DNA of 64,000 nucleotides. Origin: Desulfomonilia bacterium. Its GTDB lineage: Bacteria; Desulfobacterota; Desulfomonilia; UBA1062. Below are positions 27,049 through 39,062 of the stretch, in pieces (the stretch's first letter is position 1; every line of letters starts with the position of its first letter). Below the pieces are notes generated by a model. The model had not been told where the DNA came from and ran no database searches. It saw nothing but the letters and a program-made list of their open reading frames with translations. The DNA lies in NCBI GenBank assembly GCA_963664325.2, contig CAXXDQ010000006.1, forward strand, positions 32,001 to 96,000, read 5' to 3'. A program made the position numbers and the translations under genes.

Positions 27049-27826
27049 ATGAAATTTCTTCTTACGAACGATGACGGAAATATATGCCCAGGGGCTTGCC
27101 GCAATCAAGCTGGAGCTTGAGAGGATAGGCGAGGTCACGGTGATCGCCCCTGTTACAGAGCAGTCCGCCGTCGGGCATGCGATAACTATTTCGGATCCAC
27201 TCAAGGTAATACCTATTTACCGTTCAGGCGGATTTTACGGCTGGGGCATTACCGGTTCGCCTGCGGATTGTGTCAAGCTAGGTATTTCCTGCATAATGAA
27301 GAACCCGCCCGACGTTGTTGTTTCGGGCATAAACCGCGGTGAGAATGTAGGTATAAACGTGCTTTACTCTGGCACGGTGTCGGCAGCCACAGAGGCCCTC
27401 ATTCTCGGTTTCAAGGGTATGGCGGTTTCCGTCGACAATTATTTTAACCCTGAATACTCGGCTGCCAGCATATTCGGGGCCAGACTTGCAAGAAGGCTGG
27501 CTGCAATAAGCGGACCCATGCCATACGCATTGAACGTAAACTGTCCTTCCGCATCTCTTGCGGATATCACAGGGGTAAAGATTACAAGACAGGGAAACTC
27601 AAGGATTGTAGATAATTTTGTCGAGCGTACAGACCCGCGCGGAACCAAGTATTACTGGCAGGCAGGCATGACAAAGTTCATGGATGAGACGCAGGATACA
27701 GATGCGGCCTGTCTCAAAAACAGGATGATATCGGTGACCCCCATACATTTCAGGCTCGGATACGCTGACAATATAAATCTGGAAGACAAAGACCTTGAAG
27801 GAATACTTAATGAGCCGGGAATTTGA
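27049..27826 (+). CDS. surE: 5'/3'-nucleotidase SurE (apparent +1 frameshift near 27078)
   Basis: MKFLLTNDDG in one frame; IYAQGL..GSPADCV, SGINRGEN, YSGTVSAA in the next. Confidence 0.9.
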
Positions 27827-28529
27827 ATCTAGACTCGGCTATGTTTTCAGGAACAAGTCCCTTCTTAATGAGGCTCTTACTCATTCAACCTATGCGAACG
27901 AGCATAAATCCATGGATATTTGCGACAACCAGCGGCTCGAGTTCCTGGGGGACACGGTCGTAAACGCCACGATTGCAAAAAAGGTTTACCTTGCATTCCC
28001 TGACGCAACCGAAGGAAGGCTGACGAAATTAAGGGCCGAGCTTGTAAACGAGGCATCCCTCGTAAAAGTTGCTCAGCTCATAAGACTCGGGGCGGAACTG
28101 TATCTGGGGAAAGGGGAAGAGAGTGACGGGGGAAGCAGCAAACCGTCTATCCTTGCCGATGCATATGAAGCTGTTATCGGTGCGATATTCCTCGATGGCT
28201 CCTTCGATGAGGCAAGCTCGGTTGTTGAGGCGCATTTCGGACAGACATTCGGAAACGTTGAGGATATATCGATAACCGACTTCAAGAGCGCCCTGATAGA
28301 ATACTGCCAGTCAGAAATGAGGATGCTCCCTGAAATGTTTGTTGAGGATGAGTCAGGACCTGAACATGACAAGGTATTTACGTTGAGCGTAAGGCTTGAA
28401 GGTGAGATAATCGGGCGGGGTTCCGGCAAGACAAAAAAGCAGGCGTCGCAGGAGGCCTGCAGGGAGGCCTTGAAATCTCTGAAAAATCCGGATGTTCCAA
28501 GGGATCGGATACCGGCATCCAGAAAGTAA
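27810..28529 (+). CDS. rnc: Ribonuclease III
   Basis: NQRLEFLGD, ADAYEAVIGAIFLD, dsRBD with GPEH. Confidence 0.95.
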   Translation: MSREFESRLGYVFRNKSLLNEALTHSTYANEHKSMDICDNQRLEFLGDTVVNATIAKKVYLAFPDATEGRLTKLRAELVNEASLVKVAQLIRLGAELYLGKGEESDGGSSKPSILADAYEAVIGAIFLDGSFDEASSVVEAHFGQTFGNVEDISITDFKSALIEYCQSEMRMLPEMFVEDESGPEHDKVFTLSVRLEGEIIGRGSGKTKKQASQEACREALKSLKNPDVPRDRIPASRK

Positions 28530-28535
28530 CCTGAC

Positions 28536-29597
28536 ATGTCACAAGATTACAGCCTGCTGCCGATAGTTATTCCTGTTTATGTTTCAAACCTCGGATGTCC
28601 CCACAGGTGTGTGTTTTGCGACCAGACCCAATATTCAAAGCCTATACCGCCTGAAAACGTAAGGGAGTATGCGCTCGGATTCATAAGCAATTGCAGGATG
28701 CATAAGGAAAGGAAGCGCATACTGGCTTTTTACGGGGGTTCGTTCACCGGCATCGAAGAGGGGCTTTTCAATTCTTATCTTGATGAAGGAAAGAGGATGA
28801 TTAAAGAGGGTCTGATCCACGGCCTCAAGGCATCGACCAGGCCTGACATGATTAATGTGGAAACTCTTTCAAAGCTCAGACAGGCCGGATTTATCGAGCT
28901 TGAGATAGGGGCGCAGTCAATGGATGATGCTGTGCTTTCCGCCTCGATGAGGGGTCATACGGAAGACGCCACCCGGAAAGCGGCAAACTTTATCAGGGCA
29001 TCCGGACTCAAACTCGGAATACAGATAATGCCCGGGCTGCCTGGTGAGGACAAAGAGAGCTTTATCAGGACAGTAAATGCGGTCTGCGAATTGAAACCCG
29101 ATACGGCGAGAATATATCCCACGGTAGTCGTGAAGGGGACAAAACTTGAAACCATGTACAATGATAAGATGTTCCAACCCTTATCCCTTGATGCTGCTGT
29201 CAGGATGGCCCTTTATGCATATATCAGATTCAAAATTGCAGGGATCGAGGTACTCCGCATGGGAGTTCCGGTTGAAGGTCTTGATGTGGTTGCAGGCCCC
29301 GTCCATCCATCGTTCGGTTTTCTGGTAAAATCGCATGCCTACAAACTTATGGTTCAAATGGCGTTGGACAGTTTCAATATTACTGGTTTACCCGATTCGG
29401 GGATGAGCCGCGATGTGGTAGTCAATGTCAATCCTCATGATCTGCAGGAACTGATAGGATACAAACGCGAAAACATATCAGGGCTTTGCTTTCGATATGT
29501 TTCCGACGGCTCGCTTCCAAGGATGCAAATTATTATACGTTTTGGTAAAGAAAGTGCTTGTTTCAATTTCGAGGATATACTAAATCATATCATATGA
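28536..29597 (+). CDS. Radical SAM protein (Elp3/HemN-like, commonly rnc-adjacent)
   Basis: CPHRCVFC, FYGGSFT, STRPD, RIYPT, AGPVHP. Confidence 0.88.
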   Translation: MSQDYSLLPIVIPVYVSNLGCPHRCVFCDQTQYSKPIPPENVREYALGFISNCRMHKERKRILAFYGGSFTGIEEGLFNSYLDEGKRMIKEGLIHGLKASTRPDMINVETLSKLRQAGFIELEIGAQSMDDAVLSASMRGHTEDATRKAANFIRASGLKLGIQIMPGLPGEDKESFIRTVNAVCELKPDTARIYPTVVVKGTKLETMYNDKMFQPLSLDAAVRMALYAYIRFKIAGIEVLRMGVPVEGLDVVAGPVHPSFGFLVKSHAYKLMVQMALDSFNITGLPDSGMSRDVVVNVNPHDLQELIGYKRENISGLCFRYVSDGSLPRMQIIIRFGKESACFNFEDILNHII

Positions 29598-32021
29598 TTG
29601 CAGATGCATTTGATACCCGATCTCTCCCGGTGCTTCCCGAGCTTGCGGATCATGTTTTGAGGATGGCGCTGGAAGACGATGTATCTGTCGCAAAGCTCTC
29701 GGCAATAATTGAAAAAGACCAGTCGCTCACCGCCCGTATACTCTCAATGGCAAATTCAAGCCATTATAAGCGTTCACGGACAATCTACACGGTAAGGGAT
29801 GCCATAGTCATAATGGGCCTCGATCAGGTAAAGACAGTGGCGCTGGGAATGTGCGTGCTCGAGATGTTTCCGTCTGTTCCAGGCTCGGTTCTCGATTATA
29901 AGGAGTTCTGGAGGCACTGCCTTTCCTGCGGGCTTTTTGCCAGGGCCATCATGGAGGCTTCGGATTCAAGGCTTGCGACTAAGGCGTTTTACGCGGGTCT
30001 TCTGCATGATATAGGCAAGATGATTCTGGACCAGACAGACCATAAACGCTATGCAACAGTGCTGGAACAGGCCGCCGAAGGCATATATTCCCTGATCGAG
30101 CTCGAGAGGGAGATGCTGGGTACGACACACTGTGATGTCGGAAGAAAGGCGCTTGAAAGCTGGAAACTGCCTTCATTATACGTTGAAAGCATATGGTGCC
30201 ACCATGCGCCGGTAATGGTTATTGACGACGACCAGTACAGGCTCTCAGGCGTTGTCCATGTGGCAAACATCCTTTCGCACCAGAATTATATCGGCGCATC
30301 CGGGAACAATTTCCCGTCAAGGATTACGAACCCTCTTCTGAAAAGGTTTCAGCTTAATGCGGATGTGCTCGACGATATCATGCTTACCGTACCTTCCGAG
30401 GTCGAAACGATCTGTAACGAGCTCGGTCTGGGTAAGCCGAGGGAGGGACTTTTCAGGCTGATAAACAAAGCCAGCATGAGGCTTTCGGATGTTTCGCTTT
30501 CTCTTCAGCAAAGGACTGTTAAGGCTGAAAAGGCGCTGAAGCGTTCAGATATACTCATAAACCTCATAGCAGGCCTCAACCGTTCCGTTAAGATATCCGA
30601 GGCGCTGGAAATAACGGCCGAGGTGCTGAGCGGTTCTGGGTTCATAAAGGGTTTTCTGGGCGGGATCAGGGCCTCGGCGATGAACCTTGTATTTGAAATG
30701 AAACCCGGTGAAGAGCCAAAGTTTATACGCATAGGTGATGAGGAACTAAAGGGCATTGTCATTTCAGCCGACTACCCGATTGGCATGAGCCTCGCATCCG
30801 GTGTGTTCATGTATGTGAACCCCGTTGACGAGGAAACAGGCGACGACAACAGCCTTATAACTACGGTTGTCGAGGCCATGTCAGCGGCTCTCAAACGAAT
30901 AATGACTGAAAATGTACGCACTGAGCAGGCCGAGCATTTAAGGAATGCACTGTCAAGCGTATCGATCGAGAAACAGAAGGTGCTTGATATGCACGGGCTG
31001 AACATGGAGCTTCTCGATTCATCCCCGTTCGGGCTGTGCCTGCTCGATGATGCTGGTGCCGTTAGTGCCGAAAACCAGATATCGGCTGAGATAAGAAAAA
31101 CACTGGGTATCAGCGGGCCTTCCGTCCTTGATATGCTGGATAAGGAAGCCACAAAGGAAATTCGCGACGCATTGATATCAAGACATGAAACAGACAGCGT
31201 TATCCGTTCGGGAAACAAGTCAATAAGGATAATCACACGTCCGCTCAGTGTAAACTCGCTTTCCCTTCTTCTCATGTGGGATATAACAAAAGAACTTGAG
31301 CAGCAGAGAAGGCTTTCGGCATATGCAAAGATGAGCACGATAGGTAATCTCGCGGCGTCGATGGCCCATAATATGAAAAGTCCGCTGGGCGCAATACAGG
31401 GTTTTGCCAGCATAATCAAGGAAGACGTCAAGTCCGGAGGGGTTAAAATACTGCGTGAAGGCAAGAACGACCAGGATTTCATAACCATTATCGAGAGCAT
31501 AATCGCTGCCACGGAAAGTGTTCTCAAGATCATAAACCAGCTTCTGGGTCCTTACAAGAAAATGGGAAGGGTCTACCCAGAAAGCCGATATGAAGGCATT
31601 TGTGGGTGAAACCCTGGATATGGTCAAATCGCTTGCCGATGCATCCAAGGTGAAGCTCAGTACGGAGGTCGGTCCCAAGCATGCTTCAATCAGGACCAAT
31701 GCAGTCCAGCAGGTGGTTGCAAACAGCCTCATAAATGCCATTACCGCTTCATCCCCGGGTCAGGAGGTTGTTCTGGGGGTATCAAAGGATGCGGGCAGAA
31801 TTCTATTCAAGATAACCGACAAGGGCATAGGCATAGACGAAGAGCAGATATCAAAGATATTCGAACCTCTCTATTCCGCATGGCCAAGCAGGACCGGCAT
31901 GGGTCTGGGGCTGTCACTGGCAAGGGATATTGTGGAGACGATGGGCGGGGAAATTTCAGTCAAGTCATCGCCTGGTGCAGGCTCGACCTTTATCATAAGT
32001 ATTCCTGAAGAAGTCGCGTAA
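29594..32021 (+). CDS. HDOD-domain sensor histidine kinase (apparent frameshift near 31548)
   Basis: N-terminal HDOD (LP.LP, ANS, FWRH, GLLHDIGK), H-box AHNMKSPL; HATPase (DKGIG, GMGLGL) in the adjacent frame 31590..32021. Confidence 0.85.
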
Positions 32022-32027
32022 ATCACC

Positions 32028-34723
32028 ATGTCAAGAAAAGTCCTTATCGTGGAAGACGATCCTGTTTTCAGGAATTATCTTTTTATGGTGCTGAAGAGTG
32101 AGTACGATGTTGCAATTGCGGCAAATCCAATTCAGGCTCTTGATTTCCTGTCCCATGAAATATTCGACCTCATTATAACCGACCTCAGAATGCCCGAGAT
32201 GGACGGGCGCGAGTTTGTGGAAAAGGTACATTCCGAGATATTCCCGGGACTGCCCGTGATCGTGGTCACCGCATACGAGGATGACTGGCCCGAAGAGGAA
32301 GGCATATCAAGCCGAACATTCACATTCCTGCGAAAGGGGGGGTTCCTCCCGAGCGAGTTGAAGTCTCTTGTAGAAACTGCCATCGGCAAGCCTTTGACCA
32401 CAGAAGCCGTACCGACGGGTCTGCATGAGATACAGTTCAGGGACATTCTGGACAACCTCTCAGATGCCGTTATCGTTACCGACAGGTATCTCAAGCCGTT
32501 TTATGTGAACAGGCGTTTCGGGACGCTGACCGGCATTGTAATAAAGGACATGTCGGGTTCACTCCTTAATATCCTCAGCAGTGAAACGAGGGAAAAGCTC
32601 AGCGAAGTTGCAGGAAGGATCGAGGAAAACTGGCAGTCAGATCTGAGCCTGGAGATTAAATGTATTGACAGCAGCTTTATGAGTTTTGACTTTGCGCTGA
32701 GGTATATGAAAACCCAGGATGCAGAACTGCTGGTCTTTACCGGAAATCCGGCCGCGGAGATCCTGAATACAGGGGCCGGTGATGCCCATGAAAGGCTGCA
32801 AAGTATTATTAATGAACTTGAAGAGGCCAGGGCTGAATGCAAAGCTGTCGAGGCCGATTTTAACAGAATCGAATTCGACTCAAGGGGAGTAGTACTGTGG
32901 CTTGACGGTACTTTCGGCTGTATTTACGCCAATCCTGATGTTGAACGTATCCTGGGGTACAAACCGGACGAACTCAAGGGCGCCGGGATACCCTGGGACA
33001 AGATCCTCCATCCTGATGATCTGCACATTATTGCCGACCTTCTAACTGCTGCTGGACAGGGGATAGAAAAATTAAGGGGCGAGGCCAGGGCATACAGCAG
33101 GACGGGTCTCCTCGTATACCTGTCCTGGAATGCCGTTCTCAGTTATAAGCCTGATGGGGCGCTGGCCGGAGTTGATATAATCGCCGAAGATATAACCCAG
33201 AGGATCATTGCAAATAATGAATTGATCAAGGCCGGTAAAAGGCTCGAAGAAGTCCGCGAGTCCATGCAGAGCACACCTGATGAGAGGTGCAGGCTCATTG
33301 TGGAGGATTCAAGGAATGTGATCTTCACCCTGGATGAAGGATCAAGGATACTTTATATAAACAGGAAAGGCCTGACTGAACTTGCAGCTGTTGAGGATGA
33401 TATAATATCGAGGCCGTTTCAGGAATTCATATCCGATCAGATATCGTTAACACGTTTTGAAGCAGCCCTTCTCAAACTGAATGAAGGCCATGATCCCGGA
33501 GATGTGCATATCTCTGTGGACACTGCCCGCGGACGCAGCGTCTGGGGAATAACCATGTGGGTGATGGGGTCATCCCATTCGAGGATTGAATATGCAGGGG
33601 TTGCCAGGGACATGACGGCCGAGGTATCAAATTTCAAAAAGCTCAGCCTGCTTGCAAATATTGAACAGTACAGTGCAGATGCAATTATCGGTTATGACCT
33701 TGAAAGGCGGATCATATCCTGGAACCGGGGCGCGTCCATGATGTTCGGATGGTCCGAAGAAGAAATCCTGGGCAACTATTCATTCACGACAATAGTCCCC
33801 GAGGAAAGGAAGAAGGAATCCGACGAGGTTCTGAAAGAGGTCCTTGAAAAAGGCTATGTTCGCGACCTTGAAACGATACGCAAGACCAAATACGGTGAAA
33901 TGCTTAACGTAAACCTTACAATGACTGTATTGAGGGATGATGTCGGCAAACCGTTCGGGTTTTCTATTATCATCAAGGATATCACCAGGCAGAAGAAGAT
34001 GGAATCGGCTTTGCTCCAGTCTGAAAGGCTTGCCGCAATGGGTAAGCTTTCAGCCAGCATTGCGCATGAAATCAACAATCCTCTTTACGGCATAAAGAGC
34101 TGTCTGAAACATGTTCTTAATACAGAGGAAACAAAGCAGATAGATTCACAGTTTGTCAAGCTGGCAATCAAGGAAACAGACAGGATTGCAGAACTCATCA
34201 GGAATATGAAGACTTTCTACCAGCCCAGCGAGGAGAGGTTTTTACAACTGATCTTAACGAGATAATAAAGGAAATCCTGACCTTCAACAGAAAATACCTT
34301 GAAGAGAACAAGGTGAAGCTTGAACTTGACCTTGCCGAATGCCCCTATGTTCTTGTAGTGCCTGAACAGATCAAACAGGTTTTTCTTAACCTCATGACCA
34401 ATGCAGCCGAGGCCATGCCCGGTGGAGGAACGCTTAGGGTGTCTACCATGCCGGGAATTGACGGCAAGTCGGTAAGCATAACATTCACGGATACGGGAGT
34501 GGGCATCGTAAAGGAAGATATCCCCAGGCTGTTCGACATGTTCTATTCGAAAAAGCCTCATGTAAAGGGAGTCGGGCTCGGTTTGTCGGTAAGCTACGGT
34601 ATTATCAAAAGACACGGGGGGTCAATCGAGGTTGAAAGTGATCCCTCAGTGGGTTCCTGCTTTAAGATTGTCCTGCCGGTTAAACCCCTATGGGAAAGGC
34701 AGCTGAAGCTTGATCTCAAATAG
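32028..34723 (+). CDS. Hybrid REC-PAS histidine kinase (apparent frameshift near 34240)
   Basis: REC (VEDD, DLRMPEMDG), several PAS domains, AHEINNPL; DLNEII..QIKQVFLNL..DTGVG..GVGLGL continues in another frame. Confidence 0.85.
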
Positions 34724-35607
34724 CGGGGGCAGGGTGTTCAAGTCGGGTTTTGTCGCCATTATCGGCAGACCCAATGTCGGGAAGTCTTCTTTCCTGAATA
34801 GAATTATCGAAGAAAAAATATCCATCATAACACCTAAACCGCAGACTACGCGCGACAGAGTACTGGGAATATTCACAAGAGATGACTGCCAGATGATATT
34901 CCTGGATACTCCGGGCATTCATGTCTCGGACAAAGAGCTTAACAGATGTATGGTCGACAAGGCCCTTTCCGCACTTTTCGATTCGGATCTGGCGCTTGTC
35001 ATGGCAGAGCCTGCCGACACGGCTGAGTCTCTCTCTACTGTTTTTGAGCATATAAAGGACTTCCGCAAGAAAGCCGTTTTCGTACTTAACAAGTCCGATC
35101 TGCTGCCTGTGGAAACGTCAATAAAAAAAATTGACGAGCCTCAGCTCAAATTTCGACTTTATCTGCAGGCTGGCGATATCATGCAAAACCGGAGCCGGGA
35201 TAGACGTTCTGATGAATGAGATATATGGAGCCCTTCCCGAGGGGCCGCCGTTTTTTCCCGATGACATGATAACGGATGCCTCAGAGAGGTTTTTATGTGC
35301 AGAACTGATAAGGGAAAAGGTTTTTCTGCTGACCCAGAAGGAGATACCTTATTCTGCCGCGGTCGAAATAGAACAGTTCAAGGAAGGTGAAACAGCCAGG
35401 ATATCGGCTGTTATCCATATAGAACGTTCTTCCCAGAAAGCCATAGTGATAGGCAAGGGCGGTTCAATGCTCAAAAAGATTGGAACCCAGGCGAGAATGG
35501 ACATGGAACGCCTGCTGGGTCAGAAGGTATTTCTTGAGCTGTTTGTCCGGATTACCGAAAACTGGACTAAAAATCCGCGTGAACTTAAGAGGCTCGGGTA
35601 TAAATAA
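34710..35607 (+). CDS. era: GTPase Era (apparent frameshift near 35130)
   Basis: KSGFVAIIGRPNVGKS, PQTTR, DTPG, NKSD; KH domain VIGKGG in the second frame. Confidence 0.93.
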
Positions 35608-36923
35608 TGCTGATAGCGATTGTGGGAAGGCCGAATGTCGGTAAAGTCGACGCTTTTCAACCAGCTTCTGCGCGATAACCGCGCCATTGTTGGTCCCGAG
35701 CGCGGGATTACCACGCGACCGTATTTACGGCAGATGGCATATAGACGAGGATCATACCGTTGATGTCGTCGATACCGGCGGATACGATTCGATTACAGAA
35801 GGTCCGATCGGTACATCCATGCGCGAACAGACCCTTGCCGCCATCAGGGAGGCCGACCTGATCCTGTGCCTTCTCGATGCCCGGGAGGGGGCAACTAGGG
35901 ATGATTACGAGCTTATCGAGATACTGAGAAACTCCGGGTGCGATATAATCTATGCGGGCGAACAAAGTGGATGACCCCAATTCCGATACAGGCATGGCTC
36001 AGCTTTACGAGCTCGGGCTAGAAGGCTTCATCGGCATATCGGCAAAGAACAGGAGGCTGGGCGGACTCCTTGATGAAATAAAGGTCCGGATTGACAGGAC
36101 AGATGAGTTGCTGCCTGACGAAAGGGATTATATCCGGGTGAGCATCCTCGGAAGACCCAATGTCGGCAAGTCGGCGCTGCTCAACCGGATTATCGGCAGG
36201 GAGCGGTCCATCGTTTCACCTATAGCGGGCACGACAAGGGATTATGTTGATACCTCATATGAGCATGGCGGCAGAAAATACCTTTTTATAGACACGGCCG
36301 GGATAAGACGCAATTCCCGCATCGACACCAAGCTTGAAAAGGTTAGCGTAATGCGTTCCATCCACAATGTCGGGCGCTCGCATGTCTGTTTGTGCCTGAT
36401 GGATGCGACAGAGCCGGTGACGGATCAGGACCGGCATCTGATGGGTATTATCCAGGAACATGCGAAAGCCTGCGCGATTGTCATAAACAAGACCGACCTG
36501 ACCGATGAGGCGGGAAGAAATACCGTCAGGGACAGGATTGACCTCTTCATGCGATTTGCAGCTGATACGCCGGTAATCCTGGTTTCAGCCTTGACCGGCA
36601 AGAATGTGCCCAGGCTTTTCCCGCTGATAAACGGGCTTTTTGACAAGACATCAAAAGAGGTTCCGACTCCTGTGTTGAACAGACACCTGGCGCACATTGT
36701 TGAAAAGCACCAGCCGCCCGTATCCAAAAACCGCAGGATCAAATTCTATTATATTACGCAGACAGGAACCGTCCCTCCAAGATTCAGGATTGTTACTAAC
36801 CGCCCGGAGGATATTCCAGAATCGTATTCCCGTTACCTGATCAAGGCCTTGAAGACGGAATGCGGCCTTGAAGGCATTCCCGTAAAGATCAAATTCGCCT
36901 CGCGAAGGAAAGATGATGAGTAG
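35607..36923 (+). CDS. der: Ribosome biogenesis GTPase Der/EngA (three apparent +1 frameshifts)
   Basis: MLIAIVGRPNVGK from ATG 35607, G.TRD, DTGG, NKVD; second G domain GRPNVGKS, GTTRD, DTAG; KH-like tail. Confidence 0.92.
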
Positions 36924-37210
36924 AATACAACCACAGTCGGCAGCATATGGCTCTGATAAAAATAAACATAATCATTCCTTTAGATGATCAGGAAATAACG
37001 GCATAAATACAAAATACAGAGACCAGGCTCCTTTGGTGCTTACTCCCGGTGGCCGGAAAATCCGTGAGCGTGGAAGATATCATAATATATGCATCTGCAT
37101 GCAAGTTTGACCTCTTCTTTTTTATGCCCTTGCAGCTTACGGTTCCAGGCTTAATATTATAAAAATCCATTGTTGGATAATCATGAAATGAGAACTGAAG
37201 GGAGGATGTT

Positions 37211-39040
37211 ATGGATTTGTACAGAGAATCATCAATACCGGCTATATTTTTAAACAGGGTGGAGAGGTATGGGGACAGGGTTTGTGTTACGTATAAAAAC
37301 AGGTCTGGCATCTATGAGGACATATCATGGAAAAAGATGAAGGAGCTTGTCCTTGATATCGGCTGTTACCTTCTCTCAAAGGGCATCAGGCATGGCGACA
37401 AGGTGGCACTGTTCTCAAACAACAGGTATGAATGGTGGGTTGCTGACCTTGCGATATTATCCTGCGGTGCGGTCAATGTCCCGATATATCCCTCTAACTC
37501 GGCAGAAGAAGCCCGATATATAATCGACAATTCGGATGCAAGGATCTGTTTTGCCGGATCAACTGAACACCTTCTCAAGGTTCTCTCGATAAGAGAGAAA
37601 CTTCCGGACCTGGCTGGTGTTGTTGTTCTGGAAGAACCGGAAGAAGCAATGCCAGGAGTGATATCATTCAGCCGGGCATTGAATGAAGGCGCAGCTTTCA
37701 ACGGAAGGGACCTGCTCGATGCGCGTATACAGTCTATTAATATGGGTGATATTGCGAGCATCATTTATACCTCGGGGACAACAGGCAATCCAAAGGGCGT
37801 CATGCTTGCCCACAATAGTTTCGTCACTAACATCAAACAATGCTATGCAGTTGCCCCTGACCTTTTCGAACAGGACCACACCATGCTTTCATTCCTGCCG
37901 CTTTCCCACTGCTATGAGAGGACGGCCGGGTATTACATGCCATTGTACACAGGGAAGAAAGTAGTATTTGCCGAGGATTTCTCAAGGATTCTGCAGAACT
38001 TCCAGGAGGTGAGGCCTTCGCTAATAGTATGTGTGCCGAGGCTGTTTGAAAAAATTCACACCGGGATAATGTCAAAAGCGGTGGCAGCAACTCCTGCAAA
38101 AAAGAAACTGTTTAACTGGGCTTTGAGCGTGGCTCGGCGCAACCTGGACTATATATGCAATAACAGAACGAGAAAGGGTGTTTTCGCAATCGAGTATTCC
38201 CTTGCCGAGAAGATTGTGTTCTCGAAGATAAAGGCCGCTCTGGGAATGGACAGGCTGGAAATCGGGCTATCCGGAGGAGGGCCTCTTTCGAAAACCGATG
38301 CCGAGTTTTTCCTCGGTATGGGAATCAAGATACTCGAAGGCTACGGCCTTACCGAAACAGGGCCTGTAACAAATGTCAACAGACCGGAAAAAATCAAACC
38401 CGGAACTGTCGGGCCGCCGCTTGTAGATACCGAGATCAGGATTTCGGACGAAGGAGAGGTCCTTATAAGGGGGCCGCAGCTCATGGCCGGGTATTATAAA
38501 AATGAAGCGGCGACGCGAGAAGTATTCACTGAAGACGGATTTTTCAGGTCCGGCGACATAGGAGAAGTGGATGCTGACGGTTTTTTGAAAATTACCGGCA
38601 GGATAAAAGATCTTATCATAACGTCAGGCGGAAAGAACATTTCTCCCCAGAATATTGAAAACACCATAAAGGGTTCACGTTACGTCGAGCAGGTTGCAGT
38701 AATCGGCGACAACAGGAAATACCTGACGGCGCTTGTTGTACCTGCATTTGCTGAGCTTGAGCAATGGGCGGCAGGACAGGGCATAGCGTTTTCATCCAAG
38801 GACGGGCTGATCAATAATGATGCTGTCAGGCAGCTTATATCTGATGAAATCAACCTGTTCACCAGAGACCTGGCACGCGTCGAACAGATAAAGAAATTCA
38901 CACTGCTTGCCGATGAGTGGTCACAGGAGACTGATGAACTTACGCCCACACTTAAACTTAAACGCAGGGTTTTAAACATGAAGTATGCTTCCGAAATAAA
39001 CCAGATGTATCCGGAGGAAGGGTTGGAGTCTCTAGTCTGA
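37211..39040 (+). CDS. Long-chain fatty acid-CoA ligase (FadD15/AMP-binding)
   Basis: IYTSGTTGNPKG, SFLPLSH, EGYGLTE, SGDIG, ELTPTLKLKR. Confidence 0.92.
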   Translation: MDLYRESSIPAIFLNRVERYGDRVCVTYKNRSGIYEDISWKKMKELVLDIGCYLLSKGIRHGDKVALFSNNRYEWWVADLAILSCGAVNVPIYPSNSAEEARYIIDNSDARICFAGSTEHLLKVLSIREKLPDLAGVVVLEEPEEAMPGVISFSRALNEGAAFNGRDLLDARIQSINMGDIASIIYTSGTTGNPKGVMLAHNSFVTNIKQCYAVAPDLFEQDHTMLSFLPLSHCYERTAGYYMPLYTGKKVVFAEDFSRILQNFQEVRPSLIVCVPRLFEKIHTGIMSKAVAATPAKKKLFNWALSVARRNLDYICNNRTRKGVFAIEYSLAEKIVFSKIKAALGMDRLEIGLSGGGPLSKTDAEFFLGMGIKILEGYGLTETGPVTNVNRPEKIKPGTVGPPLVDTEIRISDEGEVLIRGPQLMAGYYKNEAATREVFTEDGFFRSGDIGEVDADGFLKITGRIKDLIITSGGKNISPQNIENTIKGSRYVEQVAVIGDNRKYLTALVVPAFAELEQWAAGQGIAFSSKDGLINNDAVRQLISDEINLFTRDLARVEQIKKFTLLADEWSQETDELTPTLKLKRRVLNMKYASEINQMYPEEGLESLV

Positions 39041-39062
39041 TCTATTCAAGGTAGGGGGAAAA

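Noticed and set aside
35100-35990. Programmed ribosomal frameshifting in era/der
   Set aside because: Multiple indels in neighbouring unrelated genes with no consistent slippery site or structure; error is more parsimonious
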